64,000 bases of DNA from an uncultured Candidatus Saccharibacteria bacterium (GCA_964621555.1 CAZUOO010000001.1:1059-65058), one strand, 5' to 3'; shown: positions 1 to 10,585, counted from the stretch's first letter. The notes: generated by a model from the letters alone, not told the origin. Translations and numbers: made by a program.

Positions 1-107
1 CTCCGATTAGATTCGCTAAAGAAAGTATTACGCCTAGTAGAATTCCTATACAGGATAGTGTCCAACTTAATATGTTGATAACAGTTGTCTTTATGGACAC
101 TTTCATA
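1..107 (-). CDS. Partial CDS (N-terminal ~35 aa, probable membrane protein) running off the window edge
   Basis: The reverse complement of 1..107 reads ATG-initiated MKVSIKTTVINILSWTLSCIGILLGVILSLANLIG..., a hydrophobic helix, open to the window edge. Confidence 0.3.
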
Positions 108-232
108 TTTTAGTTGCGTATTGTTAATTATAGGTAACTGTCATATGACAGCATTCTATATCGGAATTATATAACTATATCTTATGCTGAGCAATATATC
201 TTTCCCCTTACTTATGATATGATTGCCAGGTA

Positions 233-1240
233 ATGAAGGTTGTAGAAAATAATTATAAAAAATACATAAAGATAATATTACAAGTACTTTTGTACTCATC
301 TGTAATATACTTTATAGGAGTTAGAGTTGCTTCTACGGACGATGTTTGGCACAACATCGGAAATATTGATATCTTCTTCTTTGGTTTAGGTATATTCATT
401 TTCGCACTTCAAACTCTTTTTAATGGATATATGTGGTATTACATTATGAAGGCCTCTGGAGAAGATGTTACACTTAAGTCTCAAATGTCTGTGTATCTAA
501 ACTCCTACTTATTAAGATATATACCTGGAAATGTTGTCGGTATACTCGCAAGAGGGGAGTTCAATAGAAAGCATGGTGTATCTAGGCTTAAGAGCTTATG
601 GGGATGGTTCTTGGAGAATGTAACGTTCCTTTCAATCGGACTGTCTATTGGAATATATTTCATTGTGAAGAACTTTCCAGATTTAACAGGGTTGAATGTT
701 GTAATATCAGATAGATCGGATCTAATTGTAATAGGTAGTGTCTTATTATTTGGATTAATAATCTTTTCTAGTGCACTTCTAATGTTTAAAGGAAATGCAC
801 TGTGGGAATTGTTTAATACATATGTAATTAGAAAGCTTTTAAAGAAACATCTTGGAAAGCATATTGATATTAAACTTACAAATCAATCTCGTATACTTAT
901 AACTCTTGGATATCTTTTCTCATGGATATTGTATTCAACCTCATTTATTTTAATTGCGTACTCTATTGTACCTATGTCGATCAACTACCCTCTAGCAACA
1001 ATCTCTATAAATGCACTCGCGTGGTCACTGGGCTACCTCTTTATCATTACACCTAGTGGTACAGGAGTTCGAGAAGCTGTATTTCTAACGTTGCTACCTA
1101 TGATTGCAGTTATTTCCCCTGCAAACTCAGCTATTATAGCTGTTGGAATGAGATTGGTTACGATTCTTGGTGAGCTTAGTGCATTCATTATTTACAAGGG
1201 ATATAATATGCTCATTAAATTGAATGGCAAGCTAGATTGA
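233..1240 (+). CDS. Integral membrane protein resembling the UPF0104 / lysylphosphatidylglycerol-synthase transmembrane (flippase-like) family
   Basis: Multi-helix hydrophobic 335-aa ORF with motif YLLRYIPGNVVGILARGEF. It is translationally coupled (ATGA overlap) to the downstream GT2 gene. Confidence 0.5.
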   Translation: MKVVENNYKKYIKIILQVLLYSSVIYFIGVRVASTDDVWHNIGNIDIFFFGLGIFIFALQTLFNGYMWYYIMKASGEDVTLKSQMSVYLNSYLLRYIPGNVVGILARGEFNRKHGVSRLKSLWGWFLENVTFLSIGLSIGIYFIVKNFPDLTGLNVVISDRSDLIVIGSVLLFGLIIFSSALLMFKGNALWELFNTYVIRKLLKKHLGKHIDIKLTNQSRILITLGYLFSWILYSTSFILIAYSIVPMSINYPLATISINALAWSLGYLFIITPSGTGVREAVFLTLLPMIAVISPANSAIIAVGMRLVTILGELSAFIIYKGYNMLIKLNGKLD

Positions 1241-2160
1241 AAAAAATCTCAGTTATAGTCCCAATATATAATGAAGGCCCAGAGTTCAAGATATTTCTTG
1301 AGGAGCTTCATAGTGAGCTTAAGGTATTGGGAAATCCATTTGAAGTATTAGTGATTGATAGTTTAACTGAGAATAGTTCATATGACGTTGTTAAGGCCTT
1401 TGCTAAAGCAAATAGGAATGTAAAAGGATACTTTATGAGACATCCTGGGGCTGCGGTTACGGATAAGACTAATAAGTATATGCTAGGGTTTGAAATTGCT
1501 AAGGGAGAGTATGTGATAACTATGGATGGTGATGGTCAAGATAGGCCAAGTGAAATCAAGAAATTTGTTGAGGAGTTGGATAAAGGTAACGATTTTGTAA
1601 TTGGGTATAAGCAGAAACGAAAAGATGGGTTTGTGTATATGCTCACCTCTATGGTTGCAAATGGGCTAATTAGGTCAATCACGGGGGTAAAGGTGCATGA
1701 TATGAACAACGGATTTAAAGGATTTAGATATGATATCCTTCGTGACTTAAAACTTAGATCTGGTCACTTTAGATTTCTTCCTGTAATAGCTGCCGCTAAA
1801 AAGTGGAAGACCGCTGAGGTTAAGGTACTTCACAGAGCTAGGGAGCATGGAAAGGGTAAGTTCAGCTTTACAAGCAGACTTCAGGGTGGGCTATTCGATA
1901 TGTTTGTAGTCTATGTAGTTTCAAAGATGGGAGATACTCCTATGTATACCCTTGGATGGTTCTCAATACTCTTATTTTTGATTGGTTTAGTTGTAGGTAT
2001 ACTTTCACTCTATACGGGTTCAATGCTTCTAGCTATCATCTCCGCTTTGGTAGGATTCTTCGCTTTAAACGTATTTCTTTTGGGAATTATTATTGAGTAT
2101 ATGAGAGGACAAAGCCCAATGAAGAGCTACAAGGGATTGGTAGTGGATATCATTGATTAG
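1237..2160 (+). CDS. GT2 glycosyltransferase, polyprenol-phosphate sugar synthase-like (DPM1/ArnC-like) with C-terminal TM helices
   Basis: N-terminus ISVIVPIYNEGPE and a DGDGQD motif typical of Dpm1/ArnC-type GT2 enzymes, followed by a hydrophobic C-terminus. Confidence 0.75.
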   Translation: MKKISVIVPIYNEGPEFKIFLEELHSELKVLGNPFEVLVIDSLTENSSYDVVKAFAKANRNVKGYFMRHPGAAVTDKTNKYMLGFEIAKGEYVITMDGDGQDRPSEIKKFVEELDKGNDFVIGYKQKRKDGFVYMLTSMVANGLIRSITGVKVHDMNNGFKGFRYDILRDLKLRSGHFRFLPVIAAAKKWKTAEVKVLHRAREHGKGKFSFTSRLQGGLFDMFVVYVVSKMGDTPMYTLGWFSILLFLIGLVVGILSLYTGSMLLAIISALVGFFALNVFLLGIIIEYMRGQSPMKSYKGLVVDIID

Positions 2161-3848
2161 AAGTCGCAGAGCCTATCCTTATTATCTATTTCAAAGATAA
2201 AGAAGCTGTGACCAAGTTCTCGTACTGGTTCAATCTCATTTGCAAAGAATTTATACCTCAAGCATACTTGCCACTGTTCCAACTTCTTAATATTTGTAGA
2301 AAGCATTTCCTTGGGGTATACAACGTAATTTGTATTTTGAAGCTCTCGCTCCTCTCTTTCAAGTAGGTGATTTTCCTGTCTCCAATCAAAATTACTATCC
2401 TGCAAGTATAGGTAATTATATTTCTCCTGTCCTACAACTTGGTTAAAGTATGCAATGTAGATTGGATAGTGAGTAACAGAAAGGAATATATGTGAAGCAA
2501 TTAGTAGTCCAACTGTATATTTATACCAGCTGAGGTTTTTAAACTTCTCGTATAGCGAAACTATTACGAATGCAGATGCAAGGGTTAAAAAAGGATATAC
2601 AGGGAGCAGATGACGTATTCCAATGTTTATTGAACTTGAAAGCGAAAGTAGGGTTAAGACCACAGGAATGGTTATCAAAGGTAGTAAAACGGGCCTCTTG
2701 TTGATTATGTTCTCTCTATTTCTATATGCTAACGCACCCATATATATGGCTGTGAACACACTTATGATGATGAATGGAACAGTTTCCTTCGCAAGAAATG
2801 CTATTGGGAAGTATAGTGGATTTCCTCCATTGCTAGGTTGTCCCAAAAGATATGTTCTGTGCCCGTGGAAATTATGCTTAACCACGTTATCATAGAATCC
2901 TTTAAAGTACTGAGGGAAAGGTAGTTTAACATCTTTATATATTGATTCTAGGAATTCTAGTTTGATAAATGGAACAATCCGCTCAATTGTACTAAGGTGG
3001 TCCATAGTTGCTTCGATCTTACCTGGATTGTTGTAGTCAACTTCATAGATTGTGGCAAAATTAAATCCGTAGGCGGCCGTTAACAGAAAGAGTATTGATA
3101 TAACGATACCTACAGTTGATAGTGCAACCGCTTTTATTGAATGTCCAAAGCTCTTATACCTCACAAATATATACGTAAGTAGCCAAAATGGAAGGAGCAA
3201 TGTGGCCGTATATTTAGTAATTAAAGCTACTAGAATTAAGATGATACTTAGCCATGGTTTATGCTTCGAATTATTCTGCGTTAATCGAAGGTCGTGATAG
3301 AGAGCGAGGGTTGCAAGAAATATTGTAAACATTGCTGGAGCGTCCGTAGTTACTAAACCAGAGTGGGCAATTAGGGTAGGGGAGAATGCTAGAAGGAGTG
3401 TTGATATAACTGTTCGTCTGAAGCCGAAATTAATATAGAGTAGTTGGTAGATTATAAAAAGCATAGTAGCGGAGAGCAACGATGCCGTAAAACGGCCATT
3501 AACTAGAAACTCTAGAGAATATGTTTCTCTTCCTCCATTGAGCTCCACTAATCTGAATGCAATATCATCCTTTTTAGCTTGCTCCCAGTTCTCACTATCA
3601 AGGTCTTCAATTACAAAGCTTTTATCTGCTGAAATTGGTATCGAATGTAATATATTAAAGAGAATAGGGTGGTGCTGGTTTATTCTATAGTCTCCTGTAC
3701 GTAGTAACATAACCCCTCTGGCGGTATGACTCACTTCATCCGTTGTATAGGATAGATCTTTTACAGATCCAAACGAGAGTAAGAAGAATGCTAACGATAT
3801 CGTTAATGGAATTAACAAACGCTTTAGGACAGTTTTAAACTTTGTCAT
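2157..3848 (-). CDS. GT-C fold membrane glycosyltransferase (ArnT/PMT-like, GT39/GT83 family)
   Basis: 563-aa polytopic membrane protein with an ArnT/PMT-like topology. It lies convergent and adjacent to the GT2 and flippase-like genes. Confidence 0.55.
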   Translation of the reverse strand: MTKFKTVLKRLLIPLTISLAFFLLSFGSVKDLSYTTDEVSHTARGVMLLRTGDYRINQHHPILFNILHSIPISADKSFVIEDLDSENWEQAKKDDIAFRLVELNGGRETYSLEFLVNGRFTASLLSATMLFIIYQLLYINFGFRRTVISTLLLAFSPTLIAHSGLVTTDAPAMFTIFLATLALYHDLRLTQNNSKHKPWLSIILILVALITKYTATLLLPFWLLTYIFVRYKSFGHSIKAVALSTVGIVISILFLLTAAYGFNFATIYEVDYNNPGKIEATMDHLSTIERIVPFIKLEFLESIYKDVKLPFPQYFKGFYDNVVKHNFHGHRTYLLGQPSNGGNPLYFPIAFLAKETVPFIIISVFTAIYMGALAYRNRENIINKRPVLLPLITIPVVLTLLSLSSSINIGIRHLLPVYPFLTLASAFVIVSLYEKFKNLSWYKYTVGLLIASHIFLSVTHYPIYIAYFNQVVGQEKYNYLYLQDSNFDWRQENHLLEREERELQNTNYVVYPKEMLSTNIKKLEQWQVCLRYKFFANEIEPVRELGHSFFIFEIDNKDRLCDF

Positions 3849-6063
3849 TACTAATAATTTCAGATTTACTATCTATTGGGTATGTTATATATAGTTGATG
3901 TAGCGCTCTAGTTGCCGCTACATAGAACTTTCTTGCACTACTAAAATTGGCTGGATATAGGTTTATATCTAGATCAAGTATGAATACTGTATCAAACTCC
4001 AATCCTTTCGCATTTAGAACAGGTGTTACGATTATACCAGATGAATAGTTCGAGCTATCCATCTCTACTAAATATTCAGAAATTGTTGGGATTGCTTTAA
4101 GTTTATTGTATACGTTTGATGCTGTTTCCATGTCGGGGGTTACAACTGCGATTGTATTCCTATTTAGTTTTAACTCTATATTTAGATATTTTACGAGATC
4201 ATCGATAGTTGTATCCTCGCTTGTAAGCAATGTACGGGTTGGAATCTCGATCACATCATTACCATGTCTAAGCACGGCCTCGGGTCTAAGAAAAGTTTTA
4301 GGAAATAGATTTTCAACCTTTTCTTTAATATAGTCGATTATTTCAATTGTAGTTCGATAGCATTTATTAAGTTGGTGGTACTCGAATTTTTGCAAATCAG
4401 GTTTTAACTGCTTGAGTGTATCTATTAGTTCAATCCAATCGTCAATATTATTAGGATCCTTGATTGCCTGTGCTAGATCACCCGCCAACATCAAATTATT
4501 ACGCCTTGAAATCAGTAGAAGGGAGAATATCTGAGGGAATGAAAGGTCCTGTGCCTCGTCAGCTATTACATAATCCTTCTGGAACTCTGTCGTACCGTTA
4601 AGAAGAAGGCTTAAGATTGCAAGTGGGGCTAAATCTTCCATTTCATAGGTATAGAATCCCTTTACCTTCCTAACCATTTTCTTTGTTCTTTCCTTTATAT
4701 CACTTGGGATACTCATGTCATTTACAATTGATTTGTAGATATTGAGCAGGTTTAATTTTTCTCTGAAGTATTTAATAATTTTTTCTTCAATTACCTCATC
4801 CAAAATCGAAATTCCTTGCATGTATGATCCAACAGTACTGTTTTTAATTAGTAGGTCGGATTTAACTTTCTCAACTGCTAGCTTTAGAGCTTCGGAAGTT
4901 GTAACTGTATCTGTTTTTCTTTTAATGTCGTAGTAGTTACGTTGTATAAGGTCGGATTTTGAATATGGGATCTCTTCGAGCAGTGTTTCAATGTAATTAT
5001 TGAAGCCTTCTACAAGTGAAACAAGGAACTCTTTAGAACCCTTAAACTTAATGGATTGTCTATCAGGTTTCGCACTAGCAAGTATATATTTATTATCCCA
5101 TTTCAATATTTTCTTTGCCCAGAATAGATATGTGTTGGCCTCTACGCCATCTATGCCTAGAGAGGGGAGCACTCCTGAAATATAATCCAGAAATAGCTTA
5201 TTAGGGGCGATGATTAACGTATTCTTGGCGCTGATGTGTTTTTGATACATGAAGAAAAGGTACGCCAGTCTGTGTAGTACAATTGTTGTTTTACCACTAC
5301 CTGCTACTCCTTGTAGTACGGTTAGTTTATCGATATCATCTCTAATAATTCTATTCTGCTCACCTTGAATTGTAGAAACGATATCTGTTAATTTCTGTCC
5401 TACCTTCTGATTAAGTTGTGAAAGGAGGAATTCATCGGCGGCAGTATTACCTGTTTTGGAATCGTATACATTCTTAATTCTAGCCTTAGAGATCTCTAAC
5501 ATCTTCTTTTCTGTAATGTCTCCTTTCTGGCTACCCATGGGACTTACAAATTCCACATCACTTGTTGGTCCTGAGTTTGTATAGTATAGGTTGGCGATAG
5601 GGGCTCTCCAATCCGTAATAAGTGATGATTTTGTCAACTTATCGAAATATGCAAACTTCCCGATGTATGAAGTGATTTTCCCCGCAGGAAACGTTGAGTC
5701 AGCTTTTCTATTGAATACAATCTTACCAAAGTATGGAACATCTAGAATATCTAGTTCGTGATTTAATCTATTTACACAATCCTGTATCTGTTTAAGTATC
5801 TGATTATATATCTTTACAGCTGCTGATTTATCATCACCAGTTTCATTTTCAACAACTAGTACTTGCTTCTCTAATTCCTTCTCAAGCTCTTCCAAATGGT
5901 TGAGGAGATATTTAATCTGTTCGGTTACAGTTTGAGTTGTAGTTTTGAGGTATGGATACTCTACCTTTATGGTGTCGTTAAGAGGTTCTTTTATATCTGA
6001 ATAATCGGATATAGTATCAACCTTGTTTATTAGGGGATTAAGGTGCTCCTTAAAAGTTAGCAT
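3835..6063 (-). CDS. helD: HelD-like (helicase IV) UvrD-family helicase
   Basis: HelD N-terminal motifs PYFGKIVF, YIGKFAYFD and ITDWRAPIANLYY, followed by Walker A GVAGSGKTT and motif II ADEAQDLS. Confidence 0.75.
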   Translation of the reverse strand: MLTFKEHLNPLINKVDTISDYSDIKEPLNDTIKVEYPYLKTTTQTVTEQIKYLLNHLEELEKELEKQVLVVENETGDDKSAAVKIYNQILKQIQDCVNRLNHELDILDVPYFGKIVFNRKADSTFPAGKITSYIGKFAYFDKLTKSSLITDWRAPIANLYYTNSGPTSDVEFVSPMGSQKGDITEKKMLEISKARIKNVYDSKTGNTAADEFLLSQLNQKVGQKLTDIVSTIQGEQNRIIRDDIDKLTVLQGVAGSGKTTIVLHRLAYLFFMYQKHISAKNTLIIAPNKLFLDYISGVLPSLGIDGVEANTYLFWAKKILKWDNKYILASAKPDRQSIKFKGSKEFLVSLVEGFNNYIETLLEEIPYSKSDLIQRNYYDIKRKTDTVTTSEALKLAVEKVKSDLLIKNSTVGSYMQGISILDEVIEEKIIKYFREKLNLLNIYKSIVNDMSIPSDIKERTKKMVRKVKGFYTYEMEDLAPLAILSLLLNGTTEFQKDYVIADEAQDLSFPQIFSLLLISRRNNLMLAGDLAQAIKDPNNIDDWIELIDTLKQLKPDLQKFEYHQLNKCYRTTIEIIDYIKEKVENLFPKTFLRPEAVLRHGNDVIEIPTRTLLTSEDTTIDDLVKYLNIELKLNRNTIAVVTPDMETASNVYNKLKAIPTISEYLVEMDSSNYSSGIIVTPVLNAKGLEFDTVFILDLDINLYPANFSSARKFYVAATRALHQLYITYPIDSKSEIISNDKV

Positions 6064-6117
6064 TAATGTATTTCTCTTAAGTAAAAGCGAACTGCATTTT
6101 ACAATATAATTAGAGTA

Positions 6118-7179
6118 CTATTCAACTATTTCAGTAATAATTCCTCCACCTACACACTGATCACTATTGTATAGCACAATACTTTGTCCCAATGTCGCAG
6201 CCCATTGCATTTCACTAAATGTGATTAGGGCTCTGCTATTATCTAATTTGAGGTCGGCATTAGTTGGCTTGGCTCGATATCGTATGATACCTGTCATCTT
6301 ATCCGTTTCTTTTACTTTCTCTAGGGAGTGGAATTCCTCGACAATATATTTCGAAGTCCAGAGTTTTTGATGGGATTTACCTTGCGCTACATAGAGGGTA
6401 TTAGCTTCTACGTCTTTAGCACATACGAAATATGGTACCTTTAGACCCCCAATATGTAACCCTTGTCTTTGACCTATGGTATAGAACCATACACCTTTGT
6501 GCTGACCTACAACTTTTCCAGTATCGATATCTACACTATTTCCAACTACCACCTTCAATCTTTGGCTTAGAAATTCTTCAATATCTACTTTCCCTATGAA
6601 GCATATACCCTGACTGTCTTTTCTATTGAAGTTTGGTAATTTAGCTTTTTCTGCAATTTCTCTAACTTCACTTTTTAGTAGGTTGGAGAGAGGGAAAAGA
6701 GTGGAAGATAGTTGTGCATTGGTTAATTGATGGAGAAAGTATGTTTGATCCTTAGTGCTATCTTTAGCATTATATAGCTTTCCATTTATGGTTTTAGCGT
6801 AGTGACCTGTTGCTATAAAATCTGCACCTTCACTAAGTGCCTTGGTGAGAAACTTATCAAATTTAATATACTTATTACAAAGTATATCCGGGCTAGGGGT
6901 GTTTCCGATGCTGTACTGATAGAAGAAATCTTCAATTACAAGCTCTCTATACTCTTTTTCAAAGTTGTATACCTTGAGCTCAATCTGTAAAAAGTCCGCC
7001 ACCTCTCGCGCGGACTTTAAATCTTCTTCCCAGGGACAGTTTTCTGAAATTCCATAATCATTACCTGACCAATTTTTGAGAAAAACTCCTGTTACATCAT
7101 ACCCTTCCTGTTGTAGTAGTAATGCAGCAACTGCACTGTCAACTCCACCAGATAATCCCACAAAAACTTTCTTTCCCAT
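6118..7179 (-). CDS. mnmA: tRNA-specific 2-thiouridylase MnmA
   Basis: N-terminal PP-loop KVFVGLSGGVDSAVAA; length and overall layout match MnmA/TrmU. Confidence 0.85.
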   Translation of the reverse strand: MGKKVFVGLSGGVDSAVAALLLQQEGYDVTGVFLKNWSGNDYGISENCPWEEDLKSAREVADFLQIELKVYNFEKEYRELVIEDFFYQYSIGNTPSPDILCNKYIKFDKFLTKALSEGADFIATGHYAKTINGKLYNAKDSTKDQTYFLHQLTNAQLSSTLFPLSNLLKSEVREIAEKAKLPNFNRKDSQGICFIGKVDIEEFLSQRLKVVVGNSVDIDTGKVVGQHKGVWFYTIGQRQGLHIGGLKVPYFVCAKDVEANTLYVAQGKSHQKLWTSKYIVEEFHSLEKVKETDKMTGIIRYRAKPTNADLKLDNSRALITFSEMQWAATLGQSIVLYNSDQCVGGGIITEIVE

Positions 7180-7201
7180 ATGGATATTATACAGAAATGA
7201 A

Positions 7202-7807
7202 TTACATTTGGCTCATTACAAATTCAACCTTCCTTGACCACTCGTTAGGAGTGTGGGGGTTGTATCTTGGAGCAATTTGCTTAGGTGTGATTAGACCAGA
7301 TGCATGATATCTTGATAGTCCTCTTGTTACAGTGTAGATTCCTTCTTCCCAACTTGAAAAGGTGAATGCCTGCATACTTCCTCCCCAACCCCATGCATTA
7401 TATGGTCTATATGCATACTTACCACCACCTGATTCTATTATTGAAATGGCAGCAACTAGTCTATAGTCCAATCCAAATTCCTGGGCTGTCTTTACTAAAT
7501 ACTCTGCTTTGCTAGCTAGTGGAGCCCCTCTAGCGGCAAGATAGTTTCTAACCTTTCTCACCTTTATCTGATCCACGTCCATCAATTCCAATTTGGCAGA
7601 AATAGCCTGGTATTCTAACTCCTCATGTCCTGAAATTGATTGAGTGCCAAGTATATCTCCTTCATCAGCATATACTGCACCTATATATTCAGTATCTAAG
7701 AAGAAGAATACTTTCTCCTGAGTTTTAATTAAAAACCCAGAACTTAGGATTATAGTGAAGAGGTATAGCAAGAGGTTATTCAGTTTTGACGAATATCTTT
7801 TCTTCAT
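7202..7807 (-). CDS. Secreted lysozyme-like / SLT-like putative peptidoglycan hydrolase (paralog of 16330..17118)
   Basis: Signal-anchor N-terminus. Motif LVAAISIIESGGGKYAYRPYNAWGWGG resembles the SLT catalytic E-S motif. It shares a TVTRGL block with the paralog at 16330..17118. Confidence 0.45.
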   Translation of the reverse strand: MKKRYSSKLNNLLLYLFTIILSSGFLIKTQEKVFFFLDTEYIGAVYADEGDILGTQSISGHEELEYQAISAKLELMDVDQIKVRKVRNYLAARGAPLASKAEYLVKTAQEFGLDYRLVAAISIIESGGGKYAYRPYNAWGWGGSMQAFTFSSWEEGIYTVTRGLSRYHASGLITPKQIAPRYNPHTPNEWSRKVEFVMSQM

Positions 7808-7873
7808 ATAGTATTATTAGAAGTGTGGTATTATACCATATTGAGAGTTATTAACATGTAAAGAGGGAATAAA

Positions 7874-8506
7874 ATGATATTAGATATTATTAATTGGTTG
7901 GTGAATATTATTGACAGCATAGGGTATGTAGGGGTTTTCATAGCAATGTTCATAGAAAGTTTTTTTGCACCTATTCCTAGTGAATTGATACTCCCATTTG
8001 CAGGCTTTCTAAGTATTCAAGGTGAGATGAATATTGTAATAGTGATACTTGTTGCTGGATTGGCCAGCGCCTTAGGGTCACTACCTTTCTACCTTATTGG
8101 ATACTGGGGAAATGAGATTGTGTTGGATAGATTCCTTAAGAGATATGGGAAATATTTTTTTATATCCAATTCCGACATTGAAAAAGGCATGGAAATATTC
8201 GATAAATATGGGAATATTGTGGTATTGCTAGGTAGGTTAATCCCAATTATTCGAACCGTCATATCATTTCCTGCCGGTTTGGCAAAGATGAACTTCCTAA
8301 CCTTTATTGCCTACACTTTAGTTGGATCCACTGCTTGGAGCGCGGTATTAGCGCTCTCCGGTTATTTCCTAGGGGCTAAGTGGGAAATAGTTAACGTTTG
8401 GATTGAACAGTATCAGAATATAATCATAGTTGTAGGTGTGATTGCAGTACTAGCGTTCCTATTAAGAAAGTTGTATTTAAGTAGAGTTGCTCCAGCTAAA
8501 GCGTAG
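7874..8506 (+). CDS. DedA/VTT-family membrane protein
   Basis: Motif FIESFFAPIPSELILPFAGFL typical of the DedA/SNARE-associated family. A good AGAGGG RBS lies 8 nt upstream of the ATG. Confidence 0.8.
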   Translation: MILDIINWLVNIIDSIGYVGVFIAMFIESFFAPIPSELILPFAGFLSIQGEMNIVIVILVAGLASALGSLPFYLIGYWGNEIVLDRFLKRYGKYFFISNSDIEKGMEIFDKYGNIVVLLGRLIPIIRTVISFPAGLAKMNFLTFIAYTLVGSTAWSAVLALSGYFLGAKWEIVNVWIEQYQNIIIVVGVIAVLAFLLRKLYLSRVAPAKA

Positions 8507-10031
8507 TTAGGAGTGATTTTCCACTCATCTCAGAGGGTAGGGGGATTCCCATTAAATCGAGTACTGTTGGTGCAATATCCTTAAGTGCTCCGTATGGAAG
8601 CTTTCGTGGTGGCCTACCTGGGTCAACAATTATAATTGGGACGGGATTGAATGAATGCTCTGTATCTATCTCTCCTGTGGTTAAATTAACAACTTCCTCT
8701 ACATTTCCATGGTCAGATGTAATTATTACACTCCCTCCCTTAGCGGTGAATCTCTTCACTAATTCATTTACACAGTGGTCTACTACCTGCATAGCCTTTA
8801 TAGATGCGTTGATATTGCCTGTATGACCAACCATGTCTCCATTTGGAATGTTAAGTACGATGAAATCGTATATATCTGTAGATATACGGTATTTCAAAAT
8901 ATCTAGAATCTCCATTGCACTCATCTCAGGCTTAAGGTCATATGTTGAAACGTTTGCTGAAGGCACCTCAATTCTATCCTCTCCTTGGTATTTGATTGGA
9001 AGTCCACCGTTAAAGAAATATGTTACGTGAGGGAATTTCTCAGTCTCAGATATTCTTAATTGACGAAGGTTATGGTTTGAAAGAACTTTACCGAGAGGTT
9101 GTGTAATATGTTCTCTAGGGAAAAGTACATTTCGTGGAAAGCCCTTTCTATATTCAACCATAGACGCAAAGAAAAGGTTTGTTGGGAGTATTCGGTTGAA
9201 GTATGTGAATTCCTGGTGCGTAAATGCAAGAGAAAGCTGAACCGCTCTATCAGCTCTATAGTTCATAAATATCACTGCATCATTTGCCTCTACCTTCGTT
9301 GGTGAGTTGCCTTGTGCGATGATACTTGGAGGTATGAACTCATCTGTGATTCCTTTAACATAGTTCTTATCAAAAACCTCTGACCACTGTGAGTACCTTT
9401 CACCGACCCCTTGAGTTATTAGGTTGTATGCTGCCTCTGTTTTATTCCAACGCATACTTCTATCCATTGCAATTGACCTTCCAACGATTGTGGCTATCCT
9501 TCCAATACCATACTTATCTATTATATTCTGCATCATAGCGAAGTATTTCCGTCCATGGTCAGGCGGTGTATCCCTTCCGTCCGTAAATCCATGTATAAGT
9601 ACTTCATGAGGGAAGTTGTTGCTTGCTAGGAATTCAAGCACAGCGGTGAAGTGGTTGATATGTGAGTGTACCGATCCATCGCTCAAACAACCCATGAGAT
9701 GAATGTTACTTCTATGCTTAATTGCGTGTCTCAATGTCTCCCAAAGCGCCCCGTTGTTACCGAAGGATCCATTCTCGATAGCTTTATTAATTCGGGGAAG
9801 AGTTTGTGTTACGACTGATCCTGCTCCTATATTTAAATGTCCAACCTCACTGTTACCTTTGGTCTTTTGAGGAAGCCCTACGGCCTCTGAGCACGCCAGA
9901 AGGTATGTGTGGGGGAAGGTATCCCAGAGTTGAATTAGATTTCGAGGGTTTGCTAATGCCACAGCATTTCCTTTGTTCTGGGGGGCAACCCCTACGCCGT
10001 CCATTATTATTAGCAGTACTTTCTTCTTCAT
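8496..10031 (-). CDS. gpmI: 2,3-bisphosphoglycerate-independent phosphoglycerate mutase
   Basis: N-terminus KKVLLIIMDGVGV and a metalloenzyme-superfamily C-terminal domain (SDHGN), 511 aa. Confidence 0.9.
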   Translation of the reverse strand: MKKKVLLIIMDGVGVAPQNKGNAVALANPRNLIQLWDTFPHTYLLACSEAVGLPQKTKGNSEVGHLNIGAGSVVTQTLPRINKAIENGSFGNNGALWETLRHAIKHRSNIHLMGCLSDGSVHSHINHFTAVLEFLASNNFPHEVLIHGFTDGRDTPPDHGRKYFAMMQNIIDKYGIGRIATIVGRSIAMDRSMRWNKTEAAYNLITQGVGERYSQWSEVFDKNYVKGITDEFIPPSIIAQGNSPTKVEANDAVIFMNYRADRAVQLSLAFTHQEFTYFNRILPTNLFFASMVEYRKGFPRNVLFPREHITQPLGKVLSNHNLRQLRISETEKFPHVTYFFNGGLPIKYQGEDRIEVPSANVSTYDLKPEMSAMEILDILKYRISTDIYDFIVLNIPNGDMVGHTGNINASIKAMQVVDHCVNELVKRFTAKGGSVIITSDHGNVEEVVNLTTGEIDTEHSFNPVPIIIVDPGRPPRKLPYGALKDIAPTVLDLMGIPLPSEMSGKSLLTTL

Positions 10032-10165
10032 TGGCAGTTGTATATATCTAAAAATATAACATAAACTATGGAATAATTTAACCTTATGTCATATAATAGG
10101 GGAATTGGTTACACAGATTAATGATTTCTGATATAATCGGCAGACTTATATAATAACAAACAAAA

Positions 10166-10585
10166 ATGAACACAGATATATTAAAGAAGATTGAAGAGAA
10201 GCAGATGAAGAAGAGACCTGAGGTTAAGGTTGGCGATACTGTAAAACTTCACTTGAAAATTAAGGAAGGAAACAAGGAAAGAGTACAGGTATTTGAGGGT
10301 TTGGTAATTGCACTAAAAGGTTCAGGGCTTGGAGCAACTGTTACAGTTAGAAAGATCTCTTCTGGTATATCTGTAGAAAGAATTATGCCTTTGCACTCAC
10401 CACTTTTAGAAAAGATTGAGGTTGTACAGCGAGGAAAGGTAAGACAGAGCAAACTATATTATGTAAGAGAAAAGATTGGTAAGAGAGCATTGAAGGTAAG
10501 TAATCTTAAAGATGTATACCTTACCGACGAAGTAGAAGCACCTGTTGTTGAAGCTGAAGCTACAGAAGAACCTGTATCAGCATAA
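10166..10585 (+). CDS. rplS: 50S ribosomal protein L19 with an acidic C-terminal extension
   Basis: Core motifs [31 protein letters not shown]...TVRKIS are conserved; an extra ~25 aa Glu/Ala-rich tail follows. Confidence 0.85.
   Translation: MNTDILKKIEEKQMKKRPEVKVGDTVKLHLKIKEGNKERVQVFEGLVIALKGSGLGATVTVRKISSGISVERIMPLHSPLLEKIEVVQRGKVRQSKLYYVREKIGKRALKVSNLKDVYLTDEVEAPVVEAEATEEPVSA

Noticed and set aside
2623-2895. 90-aa ORF antisense inside the GT39 gene, and similar ORFs at 4106..5185 inside helD
   Set aside because: These are embedded antisense frames with no motifs or translational signals.
10032-10165. sigma70-type promoter for rplS (TATAAT at about 10118)
   Set aside because: A -10-like hexamer is present, but no correctly spaced -35 element. 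The background is too AT-rich to call it.
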